From the IMG/VR virus record IMGVR_UViG_3300025924_000017, positions 96,001 to 160,000 of that record: DNA of 64,000 bases; one strand, 5' to 3'. The DNA comes from a virus. Taxonomy: Duplodnaviria > Caudoviricetes. The notes beneath the pieces are model-generated. The model saw only the letters and a program-made list of their open reading frames with translations, did not search any database and was not told where the DNA came from. The number at the start of each line of letters is the position of its first letter. Position 1 is the first letter of the stretch. A program made the translations under genes and the position numbers. Of the stretch, positions 25,201-34,103 are shown in pieces.

Positions 25201-26058
25201 GGCACCGAGTGGGCGTGCGCAACGCACCAAGCAAATGAATCCTTTGTGTTCCTCTCGACCGACACGATGGCGGTCTCGCAGAATGGCCTCGACGCCGGAA
25301 ACAAGAACTATTGGTACAAAGCAGTCGGAACCGGCATGGATGTCGGGACGGCAATCGTTACCCAGATCACTTACGAGCCCCGCGATCTGATGCCCTATGC
25401 ACCGTGCCAGTTGGACGCGGCGTGGAGTGGCGCGGACATTCGCCTGACCTTCCAGCGGCGCACGCGTTACGGCGGCGAAATGATGGATGGTACAGGCACA
25501 GTACCGCTCAATGAGACCAAGGAAGCGTATGAGATCGACATCTACGATCCTGACACCGGTGATGTGGTTCGCACGCTTTCCGTCGATAATGGTACGACGC
25601 CCGTCGATTTCCCGTATGTGATCTATTCAGCGGCCGATGTCGCTGCCGACTTCACCTCGGAACTTACTGAGATCACCTTCGAGGTTTATCAGTTGGGTAT
25701 CACGGGGCGTGGTTTTGGAACGAAGAAGACGATCACGATTTCCGGCACGCCTTCGCCGACTGCCCGTTACTGGGGCGCCTCGGCTCTCGCGTCGTTGGCC
25801 GAATCCGACATTCTCGCGCTGAGCGATACCGATCTCGCAACAACCTTCGACAATACCGTCACGTACAATTGTTCGGGTAGCAAGTATTTCTATTTCTGCT
25901 ACCCGGCGACGTTCGGGACGCCCGACCACGTCGTCGTGAATGGCTTGCCGTTCTCTGCCTTCAGCGTGACGACGGTCAGTGTCGGTGGGACCTCCTACAA
26001 CGTTCTGCGCTCGGACACGCTTCAGTCCGGCGCCTCAATTCCGGTGACTTGGGCCTAA
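22285..26058 (+). CDS. central tail fibre/host-specificity protein (GTA gp15-like)
   Basis: STYG.PVPEVWGTVR, RRIWANGKLIYD, PAYRG, LLRGRRGTEW motifs. Confidence 0.9.
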   Translation: MMGDPFSMLAMFAISTVASGIISYLFPAEGPRLKDLSVSASTYGNPVPEVWGTVRVGGNMIWSGGIIENKHKAKAGIGQYYNQYTYTANFAMAFCKGPVQSLRRIWANGKLIYDATGNSRNVNNGKYAITFYQGTEDQMPDPIIEAKVGSTNTPAYRGTCYILFRDFLLTDFGNQIPQIAAEIYAGPAAGVPSTPWTVDGTVPFTDIEDASSGMAVDYVRGFFYVVRDDNALVRMRLSDGEIDGFGYPVSAIDNDWTSGKVFTAVGIAYDGSVTCQFGGLTNYTQFGQVDPITFSTLNNMGKAVPFDTLFPSYLKFPLCADVVMDVTGTSYLGLGSFGEVIYIWDWTKPLVTDPGGTTYPPIGNYYTSKCACAGAEANQFYVAACNHEGTITSTSFTVYFMNNGAPVPFVTFADPDIGSGSTDFSIKAVAYDAATNSLIMMYASSLHNYVSKFSLDTNSAVWVTKVPWLPTHGWRGQNFNGNQIAWTANGSLWLIDMNTGLFINRSPDQAAYTDNNWLNHSDVDYSNPGENGYVILTLPAIAGEGHQVYDGTSGALVVLRAGTSGVSLVISANAYGSTAVTLADILTSLMLSAGLSYDQFDVSAGISIAVSGYGFAEQTDIKGIISQLQSIYLFDFFERDGKLVLVMRGGDTSVETISYKALGSPGGSSADTSDFWKESRLSEADIPASMSLKYLNIDQDFEENTATSKRILAPVPTVFSRQQDTVEANLVLDATEAKNRVNAMLYTTWAERTKHATRLPLAYAYLEPSDLITVNLADGRSYFERIERTEMGADYTTEADTLGQDSGTYTFNLTGDGGNGQGQTLQPPLPARAFIFNTPYLRDIDNVGDGNFSIYYTGVGNLAPSGYNGTTLFVSLDANSYSILQVFPRDMEWGRVTTATPDAANGCYALDWKTQIIIYPAITSFDLQSVTDDELMLGANMFILGDEVMQFRDAVQNSDGTWTISNLLRGRRGTEWACATHQANESFVFLSTDTMAVSQNGLDAGNKNYWYKAVGTGMDVGTAIVTQITYEPRDLMPYAPCQLDAAWSGADIRLTFQRRTRYGGEMMDGTGTVPLNETKEAYEIDIYDPDTGDVVRTLSVDNGTTPVDFPYVIYSAADVAADFTSELTEITFEVYQLGITGRGFGTKKTITISGTPSPTARYWGASALASLAESDILALSDTDLATTFDNTVTYNCSGSKYFYFCYPATFGTPDHVVVNGLPFSAFSVTTVSVGGTSYNVLRSDTLQSGASIPVTWA

Positions 26059-26640
26059 ATGTCAGCAGTTAAAGGTACAAACGTCGCGGCGCCGGTGGTG
26101 CCGTTCGATACGGACGATATCTATCCCACCCATGACGAGCAGTACGGCAAGGGAGGCTTTCGCGCGGTCGCGGATACAACCGCACGCGACGCGATCCCTG
26201 ATGAACGCCGCACTGAGGGCATGCTTGTTTACGTCGTCGCGGACGCAACCACGTATCAACTCGAAGCCGATCTCACGACGTGGGATACCTACTCACCCGG
26301 CAGCACGACCCATTACGACATCGGCTTCTTCTGGCCCGGACAGCCCGACGACGGCGAATTCATTCTCGAATTTGAAATGGTGCGGGCCGTCACGTTTGCA
26401 TCCGGCCTGACAAACAGCAAATTCAAGATCAAGACCAACCCCACCGCGACGATGACGTTCGCCCTCAGCAAGAATGGCTCCTCTATTGGCAGCGTCGCAT
26501 TCAGCACTTCCGGTACCCCAACCGTCACGTTCGCCTCATCTGTGACGTTCGCAGCGGGCGATACCTTCGGCATCCAAGCGCCGTCCCCGCAAGACACCAC
26601 CGGCGCTGACATCTCCTTCACCTTCGTTGGAACGCTTTAA
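26059..26640 (+). CDS. tail fibre adaptor-like protein
   Basis: N-terminal GGFRAVAD..ARDAIP.ERR..GMLVYV domain; C-terminal domain shared with 29719-30579. Confidence 0.65.
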   Translation: MSAVKGTNVAAPVVPFDTDDIYPTHDEQYGKGGFRAVADTTARDAIPDERRTEGMLVYVVADATTYQLEADLTTWDTYSPGSTTHYDIGFFWPGQPDDGEFILEFEMVRAVTFASGLTNSKFKIKTNPTATMTFALSKNGSSIGSVAFSTSGTPTVTFASSVTFAAGDTFGIQAPSPQDTTGADISFTFVGTL

Positions 26641-28160
26641 TGTCTCTTATCCATCGCGACTCATTCGATTTCGCGGCCACGCCCGCCGATCTGGCCCTCA
26701 ATCATTGGGACATCGCCGACACGACGCAAATGTCGCTCAGCACGGCCACGCCGTTCGGCGTCGGCCAATGCGTCGCGTTCGGAACCGGCTCCGGCTCGGG
26801 TCAGGTTCAACTTTCCAAGAGTTTCGGTTCGAACGAGACGACTGTCTATATCGGCGGTCGCCATATCTATCCGGCCTCATTCGGCGGCACGTCGGAATTC
26901 GTCGCTTATCGCCTCTACGATGGTGCGACGGTTCAATGCTCGATCAGTTTCAAATCCAACGGCGATATTCTGTTCTATCGCGGCGACCGCTCGACACTGC
27001 TCGGCACATATACGGTGGGGTGGTCCCAAAATACATGGACTCACTTCCAATTCAAGGTGGTGATCGACGGCACCAACGGCGAATTTCATGTGCGCAAGAA
27101 CGGCGCGACTTCCGACGACTACTCGTTGACGACTGTCAACAACAAGTCGTCCTCAAACGCTTATGCGAACAAATGGGATGCCTACAAGACGGTCGCATCG
27201 CCTACTGCAAATCTGCGCATCGACGATTTTGCCCTCTGGTCCGGTTCCGGCTCGGGTAATTGGAGTAGCTGGATGGGTGACTTCCGCGCCGTGCAGATCA
27301 TGCCGAACGCGGATACGGCGCAGAAGCAGTTCACACCCGCCACATCCACTGTGACGGTCGGTCAAGCCTTGACAGGCAACACGCGTAGCTTGTCGGCGAA
27401 CAACCAGTACGCACTCCAAAAGATCGCAAATACGATCCCCGGAACGATCAGCAAAGTCACGCTGAACTTCAACGCGTCGATGACGGGCCATATCGTCATG
27501 GGTATTTACGACGACACAGGCACGTCCGGGTCTCCGGGGGCTCTGATTACAAACGGCACGTCGAATGTGGTGACAAATCCCGCGACGGGCTTGGTGGACT
27601 TTACGTTCAGCACGCCGCCTTCGGTCTTAGCCAACAAGAATTATTGGGTTGTCGTCCTCGCCGACGCTGCGTTCACGATCAAATCGGACAACGGTTTGTG
27701 GAACGTGTGGCTTGAGAGCCGCAGCTATTCGTCGGGCCTCGATAGTCCGATGGCGCCGACAGCGAACAACAACGTGCCGCTCGCTTACGTCGCCATGGCA
27801 ATCACGCCGAGCGGTAACTTCGCCTATGTGCAGGAGCTTATCGAAGACGGTGTGGTGAGCTATCTGCAAGACTCGACAGCCGGTGATTACGATCTCTATT
27901 CCAATCCGGGTCTCGCAACGACGCCATCTGCTATCCTCGGCGTGTCGATCCGCGCGTTCTTGGGTAAGTCGGACGCCGGTGCGCGTACCGGAACCGTCCG
28001 CATCAAGTCGGGCGCGACTTCGGTCGATGGAACGACGCTGACACTGTCCACGGCGATGCAGAACCTCGTGATGTATCAAGATACCGACCCTGCAACGAGT
28101 GCCGCTTGGACAGCAACCGGCGTCGCCAATCTTGAGTTTGGTCCCAAAGTCGTCAGCTAA
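26640..28160 (+). CDS. putative tail fibre/lectin-like protein
   Basis: Beta-rich S/T/G composition, concanavalin-like N-terminal pattern, tail operon context. Confidence 0.65.
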   Translation: MSLIHRDSFDFAATPADLALNHWDIADTTQMSLSTATPFGVGQCVAFGTGSGSGQVQLSKSFGSNETTVYIGGRHIYPASFGGTSEFVAYRLYDGATVQCSISFKSNGDILFYRGDRSTLLGTYTVGWSQNTWTHFQFKVVIDGTNGEFHVRKNGATSDDYSLTTVNNKSSSNAYANKWDAYKTVASPTANLRIDDFALWSGSGSGNWSSWMGDFRAVQIMPNADTAQKQFTPATSTVTVGQALTGNTRSLSANNQYALQKIANTIPGTISKVTLNFNASMTGHIVMGIYDDTGTSGSPGALITNGTSNVVTNPATGLVDFTFSTPPSVLANKNYWVVVLADAAFTIKSDNGLWNVWLESRSYSSGLDSPMAPTANNNVPLAYVAMAITPSGNFAYVQELIEDGVVSYLQDSTAGDYDLYSNPGLATTPSAILGVSIRAFLGKSDAGARTGTVRIKSGATSVDGTTLTLSTAMQNLVMYQDTDPATSAAWTATGVANLEFGPKVVS

Positions 28161-28163
28161 TCC

Positions 28164-29633
28164 ATGACACTCGCAGTCGTCCAACACGCAACTGGGCATG
28201 GCGCGAACAACGGCGCGCCTATGGGTTCGATCACGCTCGGCTCGACGCCGACTGTGGGGAACCTGCTGATTGCATTTGTCGGATGTAACATCGCACGCAA
28301 CAGCGTGACACTTGCCAATGGCTGGAAGTCGTTTGCGATCAGCGAATCTGAGACCGAGGGTGCAGTCGAGTGGGGTCTCTATCGCTATGTGCAGTCCGGC
28401 GATACCACCGCACTCCCATCTTTCGCATCCGCCGGTAACACGTATTGGGGCGGCTCCGTTCAAGAGATCAGCGGCGTCACGGGAACATGGGCCACCGACT
28501 GCCACAGCGTGAGCATGCGCTACTCAAGCGGCGCTTCGAGTCTGGCAACACCGACAATGCGGACCGACGTGGCGAACGCGCTCGTTCTGGTCGGCTTCGC
28601 ACAATACAATGGCAACGGCACCTCGACGTTTTCGAGCGGCTGGACGAGTGACGAAAGTACGTCCAACAACGCGACCTATGGTGCCTATGGCTGCGCCCAT
28701 CAAGCGGTCGCAACAGCAGGGACGACACTCAACTGCACGGTCACGTTTCCGGGATCGAGTGGACCGGCTGGCGTCATTCAACTCGTGCTCGCCGGGTCTC
28801 AACCGACGCACTACACGATCCGTCAGTCGAAGATCAAAGCAGCGAGCGGCACGCCGGGCTCCATCAATCTCGACATGGACCCGCTGCCGGGCAATTTGAT
28901 CGTTGCATTCCTGAGTTGGGGGAATGGTAGTTCGACGAACCCGACGATTGGTACAAGTTGGACCGATCAGGATGATGTGAGCGGCACGACCAAGCAAATG
29001 CTGCTCCTCTATCGGTACGCAGTGTCCGGCGACACACTCGCGCTGCCCGCACTCGCGACAGCGGGAAGTGCGTTCTGGTGCGTCACGATTCACGAGATCA
29101 GCGGCACGACAGGCGCGTGGTCCACGGACTCATTCAGCATCACCCACGTTCGTCAAGCGAGCGGCACGACTCTTACATCGTCTTCGGATGCTGTGCCTGC
29201 CAATGCCCTCGTGCTGTCCAGCTTCTCGAATTACGACGGCAGTAGTCTGCTGTCGTTCTCGAACGGCGATGTCGTTTTGCCCGGCGTTGATTTCGGCGAT
29301 TACGGGTCGTGGGCCACGGTCCAGAAGTTCTTTTCTACGTCAGGAACGTTCTCCTCAATCTGCACGATGTCCTCCTCGGGAAATCCGCAGGCCAACATCC
29401 AGTTGATCCTCGGCTCCGGTGCGACCGGTCCGACGAACATGAATGTGACGCAGATCGGCTTGGAGGTTTGGGATACCACCACTCCTTCGGCGCAGTTCAC
29501 GCAGATCGGCCTTGAAGTCTGGCGTTCCACCGACGACGGAACGACCGTCATGGTTGCCACGCAGATCGGTGCCGAACTCTGGATCGCACATAGTTCCAAG
29601 AAACGACGCGGCGTCTTGATCATCATGTGTTAG
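28164..29633 (+). CDS. virion accessory protein with two internal domain repeats
   Basis: Two copies of GNL.VAF...W...YRY..SGDT.ALP...EISG.TG.W.TD; three TQIG.E.W repeats at the C-terminus. Confidence 0.7.
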   Translation: MTLAVVQHATGHGANNGAPMGSITLGSTPTVGNLLIAFVGCNIARNSVTLANGWKSFAISESETEGAVEWGLYRYVQSGDTTALPSFASAGNTYWGGSVQEISGVTGTWATDCHSVSMRYSSGASSLATPTMRTDVANALVLVGFAQYNGNGTSTFSSGWTSDESTSNNATYGAYGCAHQAVATAGTTLNCTVTFPGSSGPAGVIQLVLAGSQPTHYTIRQSKIKAASGTPGSINLDMDPLPGNLIVAFLSWGNGSSTNPTIGTSWTDQDDVSGTTKQMLLLYRYAVSGDTLALPALATAGSAFWCVTIHEISGTTGAWSTDSFSITHVRQASGTTLTSSSDAVPANALVLSSFSNYDGSSLLSFSNGDVVLPGVDFGDYGSWATVQKFFSTSGTFSSICTMSSSGNPQANIQLILGSGATGPTNMNVTQIGLEVWDTTTPSAQFTQIGLEVWRSTDDGTTVMVATQIGAELWIAHSSKKRRGVLIIMC

Positions 29634-29662
29634 CCCGGAATGGCGACGGACTGCCGCAATTC

Positions 29663-29690
29663 TTGACAATCCATGATTTCCCTTTAGTTT
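29663..29690 (+). promoter_or_regulatory. internal promoter
   Basis: TTGACA-16-TAGTTT; upstream 20 bp identical to the 10644-10663 promoter. Confidence 0.6.
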
Positions 29691-29718
29691 CAACCCCCTC
29701 TCACAGAGTACGAGTTTT

Positions 29719-30579
29719 ATGACTGACTACACACCCATCCTCAACATCGCCGAAGTGGCTTCCAACCAGAATCAGAAGGAAGTGACGATCAATACGGCGG
29801 TCGCGATCTTGGAGGCGGCTTCGAACGACGGCCTCCCCATCAGTCTGGCGAGCGCAGATCACTCGTTGACAATCGACGAGTTCACGAAGAACTTCATTTT
29901 CATTCTCTCCGGCAACACTGCCGCCCGCAACCTGAACACACCGGCGGCGTCAGGCTCCTTCACCGGCAAACGCGCCTTCCTCGTGTCGAATACCGGAAGC
30001 CACGCCGTCACGGTCAAACCCGGCGGCTCCGGCACCGGCGATGCAACTGTTACGGCGGGGCAGGCGGCGTTTCTTTATTGCGACGGCACCACGATCACGG
30101 TTCTCTCCAGCGGTGCGGCGCCGGTCGCGGGCGCGTCATTCACGTCGCTGAGCGATGTTCCAAGCAGCTACTCAACGGACGGCCTTAAAGGCGTTCGCGT
30201 CAAGACGACAGAAGACGGGTTGGAGTTCTTTGTGATCCCCGCAAGTCTCGGGTTCTCGATCTCCGGAAAACCTGACGCTTCGCAGGTGATCAACCTTGGC
30301 GTCACACAGTCTTGGAAACTGTCCATCGGTCTTCCCGGAAGTGTGTTCTTTACCGGGACCGATCCGGCAGCCACGACCGTCTACAATTTCAACAAGATCA
30401 GTGGCGGCACCATCACTTCCATCGGCTCGGTGTCCATCGCGAACACCGGCATCGCAACTGTGACGTTCGCATCCGCTGTGACGTTCGCAGCGGGCGATAT
30501 CCTCCAGATCGTATGCCCGTCATCGCAAGACTCGGCGTGCGCGAATGTCAGCATGACGTTCAAGGGTACCTTGCAGTAA
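29719..30579 (+). CDS. DUF2793-like N-terminus tail fibre adaptor
   Basis: TPILNIAEVASNQNQKEVTINTA resembles the DUF2793 start; C-terminal domain paralogous to 26059-26640. Confidence 0.65.
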   Translation: MTDYTPILNIAEVASNQNQKEVTINTAVAILEAASNDGLPISLASADHSLTIDEFTKNFIFILSGNTAARNLNTPAASGSFTGKRAFLVSNTGSHAVTVKPGGSGTGDATVTAGQAAFLYCDGTTITVLSSGAAPVAGASFTSLSDVPSSYSTDGLKGVRVKTTEDGLEFFVIPASLGFSISGKPDASQVINLGVTQSWKLSIGLPGSVFFTGTDPAATTVYNFNKISGGTITSIGSVSIANTGIATVTFASAVTFAAGDILQIVCPSSQDSACANVSMTFKGTLQ

Positions 30580-31217
30580 TGTCTCTCGCTGTCGTTCAGA
30601 CCTGCTATAAGAAGACGATCTTCGTCAACCACGACGTGACGTTCTCGTCGCCGGTCACGGCTGGCAATCTGCTGATCCTGTTCATCAACAACCTCGCGAC
30701 CGCCCAACTGTCGGCTGATTGGCAGCCTCTCGACGACACAGGCAACTTTCTGATTGCAGGCCGCATCGCTCTGTCAGGCGACGGGACAACGCCTCCGCCT
30801 TACTGGGTCGAGACGAGTAACATCGCAAGCGCGATCTGCGTTGAGGTGAGCGGATTCACGGGTACGATCACCAGCGCTTTCGAAGGGCTCACCACATCGA
30901 CCGCGCCCAACTTCAATGGTCCGGCGACCGCCAACAACAACGATCTCGCCTTCTGCGCGTGGGTTCAAGGCTCAGGTTTCGGAACTTACACGCCCGGTTC
31001 CGGCTGGACGAACCTACACTACAGCGGTAACGAGAGCATGGGAGTGGATTACCAGATCGTGCCCACCGCCGGGACTGTCCCGATTGACAACTCCAACAAC
31101 AGCGTTGGCGGAAACGCCGGTAAGTGGTCTTTGCCTATTTTTGGCCTCGGAAGTGGTGGTGGCGGAGGCGGCGGCTCCGGCAAGAACCGTCTGGTGACGG
31201 CCTCTATGGGTTTCTAG
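30579..31217 (+). CDS. virion accessory protein, paralogue of 28164-29633
   Basis: MSLAVVQ start, AGNLLILFIN...EVSGFTG domain, Gly linker near the C-terminus. Confidence 0.7.
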   Translation: MSLAVVQTCYKKTIFVNHDVTFSSPVTAGNLLILFINNLATAQLSADWQPLDDTGNFLIAGRIALSGDGTTPPPYWVETSNIASAICVEVSGFTGTITSAFEGLTTSTAPNFNGPATANNNDLAFCAWVQGSGFGTYTPGSGWTNLHYSGNESMGVDYQIVPTAGTVPIDNSNNSVGGNAGKWSLPIFGLGSGGGGGGGSGKNRLVTASMGF

Positions 31218-31236
31218 TCCTGTGTGGACAGATTTC

Positions 31237-31266
31237 TTGACATTGTCGCCGAACGCGGCATAGTCG
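31237..31266 (+). promoter_or_regulatory. promoter of the lysis cassette
   Basis: TTGACA-16-CATAGT (GCATAGTC). Confidence 0.55.
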
Positions 31267-31294
31267 TCAATATCCAAGACAATCAGGTTATCCT

Positions 31295-31906
31295 TTGCAG
31301 CCATCTGCCAACGGCGTAGCTCTCATCAAGCTGTTCGAGAGCTTCCGCGCCTATCCGTATCTCGACGGCAATAAAATCTGGACTATCGCGTGGGGTCACG
31401 TACTGACAACACCGGACGGCCGCCAGATAAGCGAAAAAGTTTTCGGCGTGTCCGAAGCGGCGCGACTTTGTCAGGAAGCCATGCAGCGTCTCTTCGGCGC
31501 CCCGTCCTGCACACGGGAGCAAGGCGACGCTCTCTTCGTCGCCGATTGCAATCCCCGCGCGGCTGCATTGTCCACCCGCGTCGCGCCGGACACGACGCAG
31601 ACGCAGTTCGACGCACTTCTGTGTTTCGACTACAACGTCGGCCTAGGCGGTTTCGACAATTCGTCCGTGAAGCGCCTCCACAATTCCGGGCGCCGTGACG
31701 TTGGCGAGATTTCGATCCACGACCTGTGGACCAAGCTCCAGCAGATGCCGACACCCACCACGATCCCGGTCGCGTTCGTCGAATGGGCACACGTCGGCGG
31801 CAAACCCTCACTCGGTCTGTTCCGGCGCTGTGTCGCCGAGGTTCTTGTCTATTCCGGATGGGACGCGCAGCGGGCCTACGACACCGTCTATCAGTTCCAA
31901 GGCTAA
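31295..31906 (+). CDS. endolysin, GH24/T4-like lysozyme
   Basis: E-x8-D-x5-T triad (FESFRAYPYLDGNKIWT), QTQFDALLCF.YNVG; TTG start. Confidence 0.9.
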   Translation: MQPSANGVALIKLFESFRAYPYLDGNKIWTIAWGHVLTTPDGRQISEKVFGVSEAARLCQEAMQRLFGAPSCTREQGDALFVADCNPRAAALSTRVAPDTTQTQFDALLCFDYNVGLGGFDNSSVKRLHNSGRRDVGEISIHDLWTKLQQMPTPTTIPVAFVEWAHVGGKPSLGLFRRCVAEVLVYSGWDAQRAYDTVYQFQG

Positions 31907-31915
31907 AGGATCGCC

Positions 31916-32359
31916 ATGACTTTTCTCACCTTCCTCGGCATGTTCCTCAACCTGCCCATGTTGATTTTCGTCATCGTCCTCGCGGCCATCGCCACCGCGA
32001 TCTGGTTCACGCCGACACTCGGCCCCGCGTATTTGTTGAGTCTCGCGACCGACGCTCGTGTGTGGATCGGAATCGCCTTGGTTGTCGGCGGGATTGTGCT
32101 CTGGCACAGCAGCCAGACTATCCAGAAGCAGCAGCAGGTGATCGCCGTACAGCAGCAGAACACGCAGGCCAGCACCGACACGCAGGCGGTCATCACCGAC
32201 GACGTGAAGAAGAAGCAGACGCGTGTAGTGCAGCAGCAGAACGAGCAGCATGCCATCGACACTGCGCCGGTCGGCGATCAGGAAGACGCGCTTTTGGACG
32301 TGATCGCGAGGGAAAACGGTCAGCCGACCGTTGCCCCGACCCCGGCCCCGCAGAAATAA
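31916..32359 (+). CDS. inner-membrane spanin (Rz-like)
   Basis: N-terminal TM helices, Gln-rich coiled coil, follows the endolysin. Confidence 0.7.
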   Translation: MTFLTFLGMFLNLPMLIFVIVLAAIATAIWFTPTLGPAYLLSLATDARVWIGIALVVGGIVLWHSSQTIQKQQQVIAVQQQNTQASTDTQAVITDDVKKKQTRVVQQQNEQHAIDTAPVGDQEDALLDVIARENGQPTVAPTPAPQK

Positions 32360-32369
32360 GGATTATCCG

Positions 32370-32714
32370 ATGAAGAAGTTTGTTCTCGCAGCCGTTGTTG
32401 CGGTGTCCCTTGCAGGATGCGCGACCGCGCCATCCGGCCTTATCGACCCCAACAACCTCTACCCGCAGGCGCTCACGAAGTGCACCGACGAGCCGGTTGT
32501 CCCCACGCGTCCGGCGGACGGCAAACCGCGCTCAGAGAGCGCCAAGACGGCGTACGAAAAGAATCTCCACGCCGCCTATGAGGATTGCCACGACACGGTT
32601 GCAAGCTGGGCGGAACGCCGCGCGCTCTACGTGAAGCAGTACGAGCAAGCCACGGAAGGCTACTTCACGCGGCTGTGGCACGCCGTCACCGACGAGACCG
32701 ACGCCGCGAAGTAA
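32370..32714 (+). CDS. outer-membrane spanin lipoprotein (Rz1-like)
   Basis: MKK + hydrophobic + LAGC lipobox, Pro-rich, extra Cys. Confidence 0.78.
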   Translation: MKKFVLAAVVAVSLAGCATAPSGLIDPNNLYPQALTKCTDEPVVPTRPADGKPRSESAKTAYEKNLHAAYEDCHDTVASWAERRALYVKQYEQATEGYFTRLWHAVTDETDAAK

Positions 32715-32717
32715 GCC

Positions 32718-33002
32718 TCAGCGAGGCTTCCTATCGACCGGTGGGCTGTTCCTCAGAGGGCGTCCGACTTTCGGCTCCTGATCATATTTTTTCAGGAAGG
32801 TGCGCATGATCTTGGTCGCCTTTTCAGACCACCGAAGTTGGCCGCGAACGCGGGCGAAGAATTCCGGATGCGACCAAGGCGGCGCACCGTCGCTGAAGTG
32901 CGCATAGCCTTGGGCCATTTGAATTTCGCTGAAAAGCTCATCGACAAGTTCGGCGACGCTCGGTAGCTGGGGCGCGTTTTCTTTCTGCGCCTTCACCGTC
33001 AC
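32718..33002 (-). CDS. hypothetical protein
   Basis: 94-aa ORF coupled to the upstream gene. Confidence 0.65.
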   Translation of the reverse strand: MTVKAQKENAPQLPSVAELVDELFSEIQMAQGYAHFSDGAPPWSHPEFFARVRGQLRWSEKATKIMRTFLKKYDQEPKVGRPLRNSPPVDRKPR

Positions 33003-33409
33003 GCCGCCTTCTTGCGCTTTTTACGCTTCGGCTCGATCTCCGCATCGAACTCACGCGTCGCCGAGTCGATCATGTTCATGACCGGCGCCGGTTGCTGAGA
33101 GCGCAGCAGTTCACATCCTTGCGCGATCAGCTTCATCCCACGCTCTGTCTTGGCGTCGTCGGCATGCGGCAACCCGGCCGCCGTGAAATTCGCGTTCACC
33201 GCTTCGATACGGGCGATCATCGCACCGCGAAAGCGGATGAAGAATTCCTCGTCCGGTGAGCGTGATGCGTTGAGCGCTCGCGTCAAGAGCGATTTCGAAT
33301 ATCGGATCGCACGGGCAAGGTCTGCCTGCCAGTGTGTGCCTCCGATGGCCCGGCCGATCCGTTTGGTCACCTGCGGATCGACAAGCTGCTCGTTCTTCAG
33401 TCTCGGCAT
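32999..33409 (-). CDS. putative HTH DNA-binding protein
   Basis: WQADLARAIRYSKSLLTRAL XRE-like HTH. Confidence 0.65.
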   Translation of the reverse strand: MPRLKNEQLVDPQVTKRIGRAIGGTHWQADLARAIRYSKSLLTRALNASRSPDEEFFIRFRGAMIARIEAVNANFTAAGLPHADDAKTERGMKLIAQGCELLRSQQPAPVMNMIDSATREFDAEIEPKRKKRKKAA

Positions 33410-33415
33410 TTCAGT

Positions 33416-34000
33416 TCATTCTCCCTTCTTGATTACCATTCCACGCAGAAATGCCGCGTGTTGAAAAATACTGGCTGGCGCCGTACTACTGCGTGATCTC
33501 CATGCAGAAGCCGTTCCACCGACCTGAACACTGGTTCCGACACCGAACATCTCCGCGATCCCGAGGACTTGCGAGCCGAGTTCGGTCGGATAGTAGGACG
33601 TTCGATTGCTTGCCCATCCAACACTGGTTTTCTTGGCTCGCACGATGCTGTTCCGAATCAGCGTTGCCAGAATAGTACGGACGCTGCCGACCGCTTTTCC
33701 AGCGGTCTCGGCGATCTCCGCCACCCCGACGCCCGGGTCTGCTTCCCCGGTGACCCGTTTTGCGGCCCAAAGCCGCCAAAGAACCCCGAAAAGGTCCAGA
33801 TGCGGTAGGGATATCTTGGTCACCCCGAGAGGTCCCCGAACCATGGTGAATTCTTGCCGTGTCTGGGCCGCTGCGGCGCGCGCACGCGCCAGTCTCCCGC
33901 CGACAGGCTGGGCAGCCGCCTCGGCAGCCGAGGCCGTCCTGAACGTCTTACGGGGCGGCTGAGCGCCATCCCCCGTGTCTCGCGTGGGTTCATCCATCAT
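33416..34000 (-). CDS. putative winged-helix regulator
   Basis: VAEIAETAGKAVGSVRTILATLIRNSIVR...YYPTELG wHTH pattern. Confidence 0.7.
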   Translation of the reverse strand: MMDEPTRDTGDGAQPPRKTFRTASAAEAAAQPVGGRLARARAAAAQTRQEFTMVRGPLGVTKISLPHLDLFGVLWRLWAAKRVTGEADPGVGVAEIAETAGKAVGSVRTILATLIRNSIVRAKKTSVGWASNRTSYYPTELGSQVLGIAEMFGVGTSVQVGGTASAWRSRSSTAPASIFQHAAFLRGMVIKKGE

Positions 34001-34009
34001 TCTGTCAAC

Positions 34010-34076
34010 GAATTAGATCAAATCGAGTCCGTTGTCAAGTGCAAGTGTTGACAAATCAGTCAGAATGTCGTAGATC
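34010..34076. promoter_or_regulatory. back-to-back divergent promoters
   Basis: TGTCAA (34033) and TTGACA (34048); plus strand TTGACA-17-TAGATC. Confidence 0.65.
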
Positions 34077-34103
34077 GCGACTTCCCAAACGGAGCCCGAG
34101 ACC

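Noticed and set aside
26540-30499. Diversity-generating retroelement or invertible tail cassette based on the 24-bp repeat
   Set aside because: The repeats are direct and identical, with no adenine-specific mismatches; no reverse transcriptase or invertase nearby.
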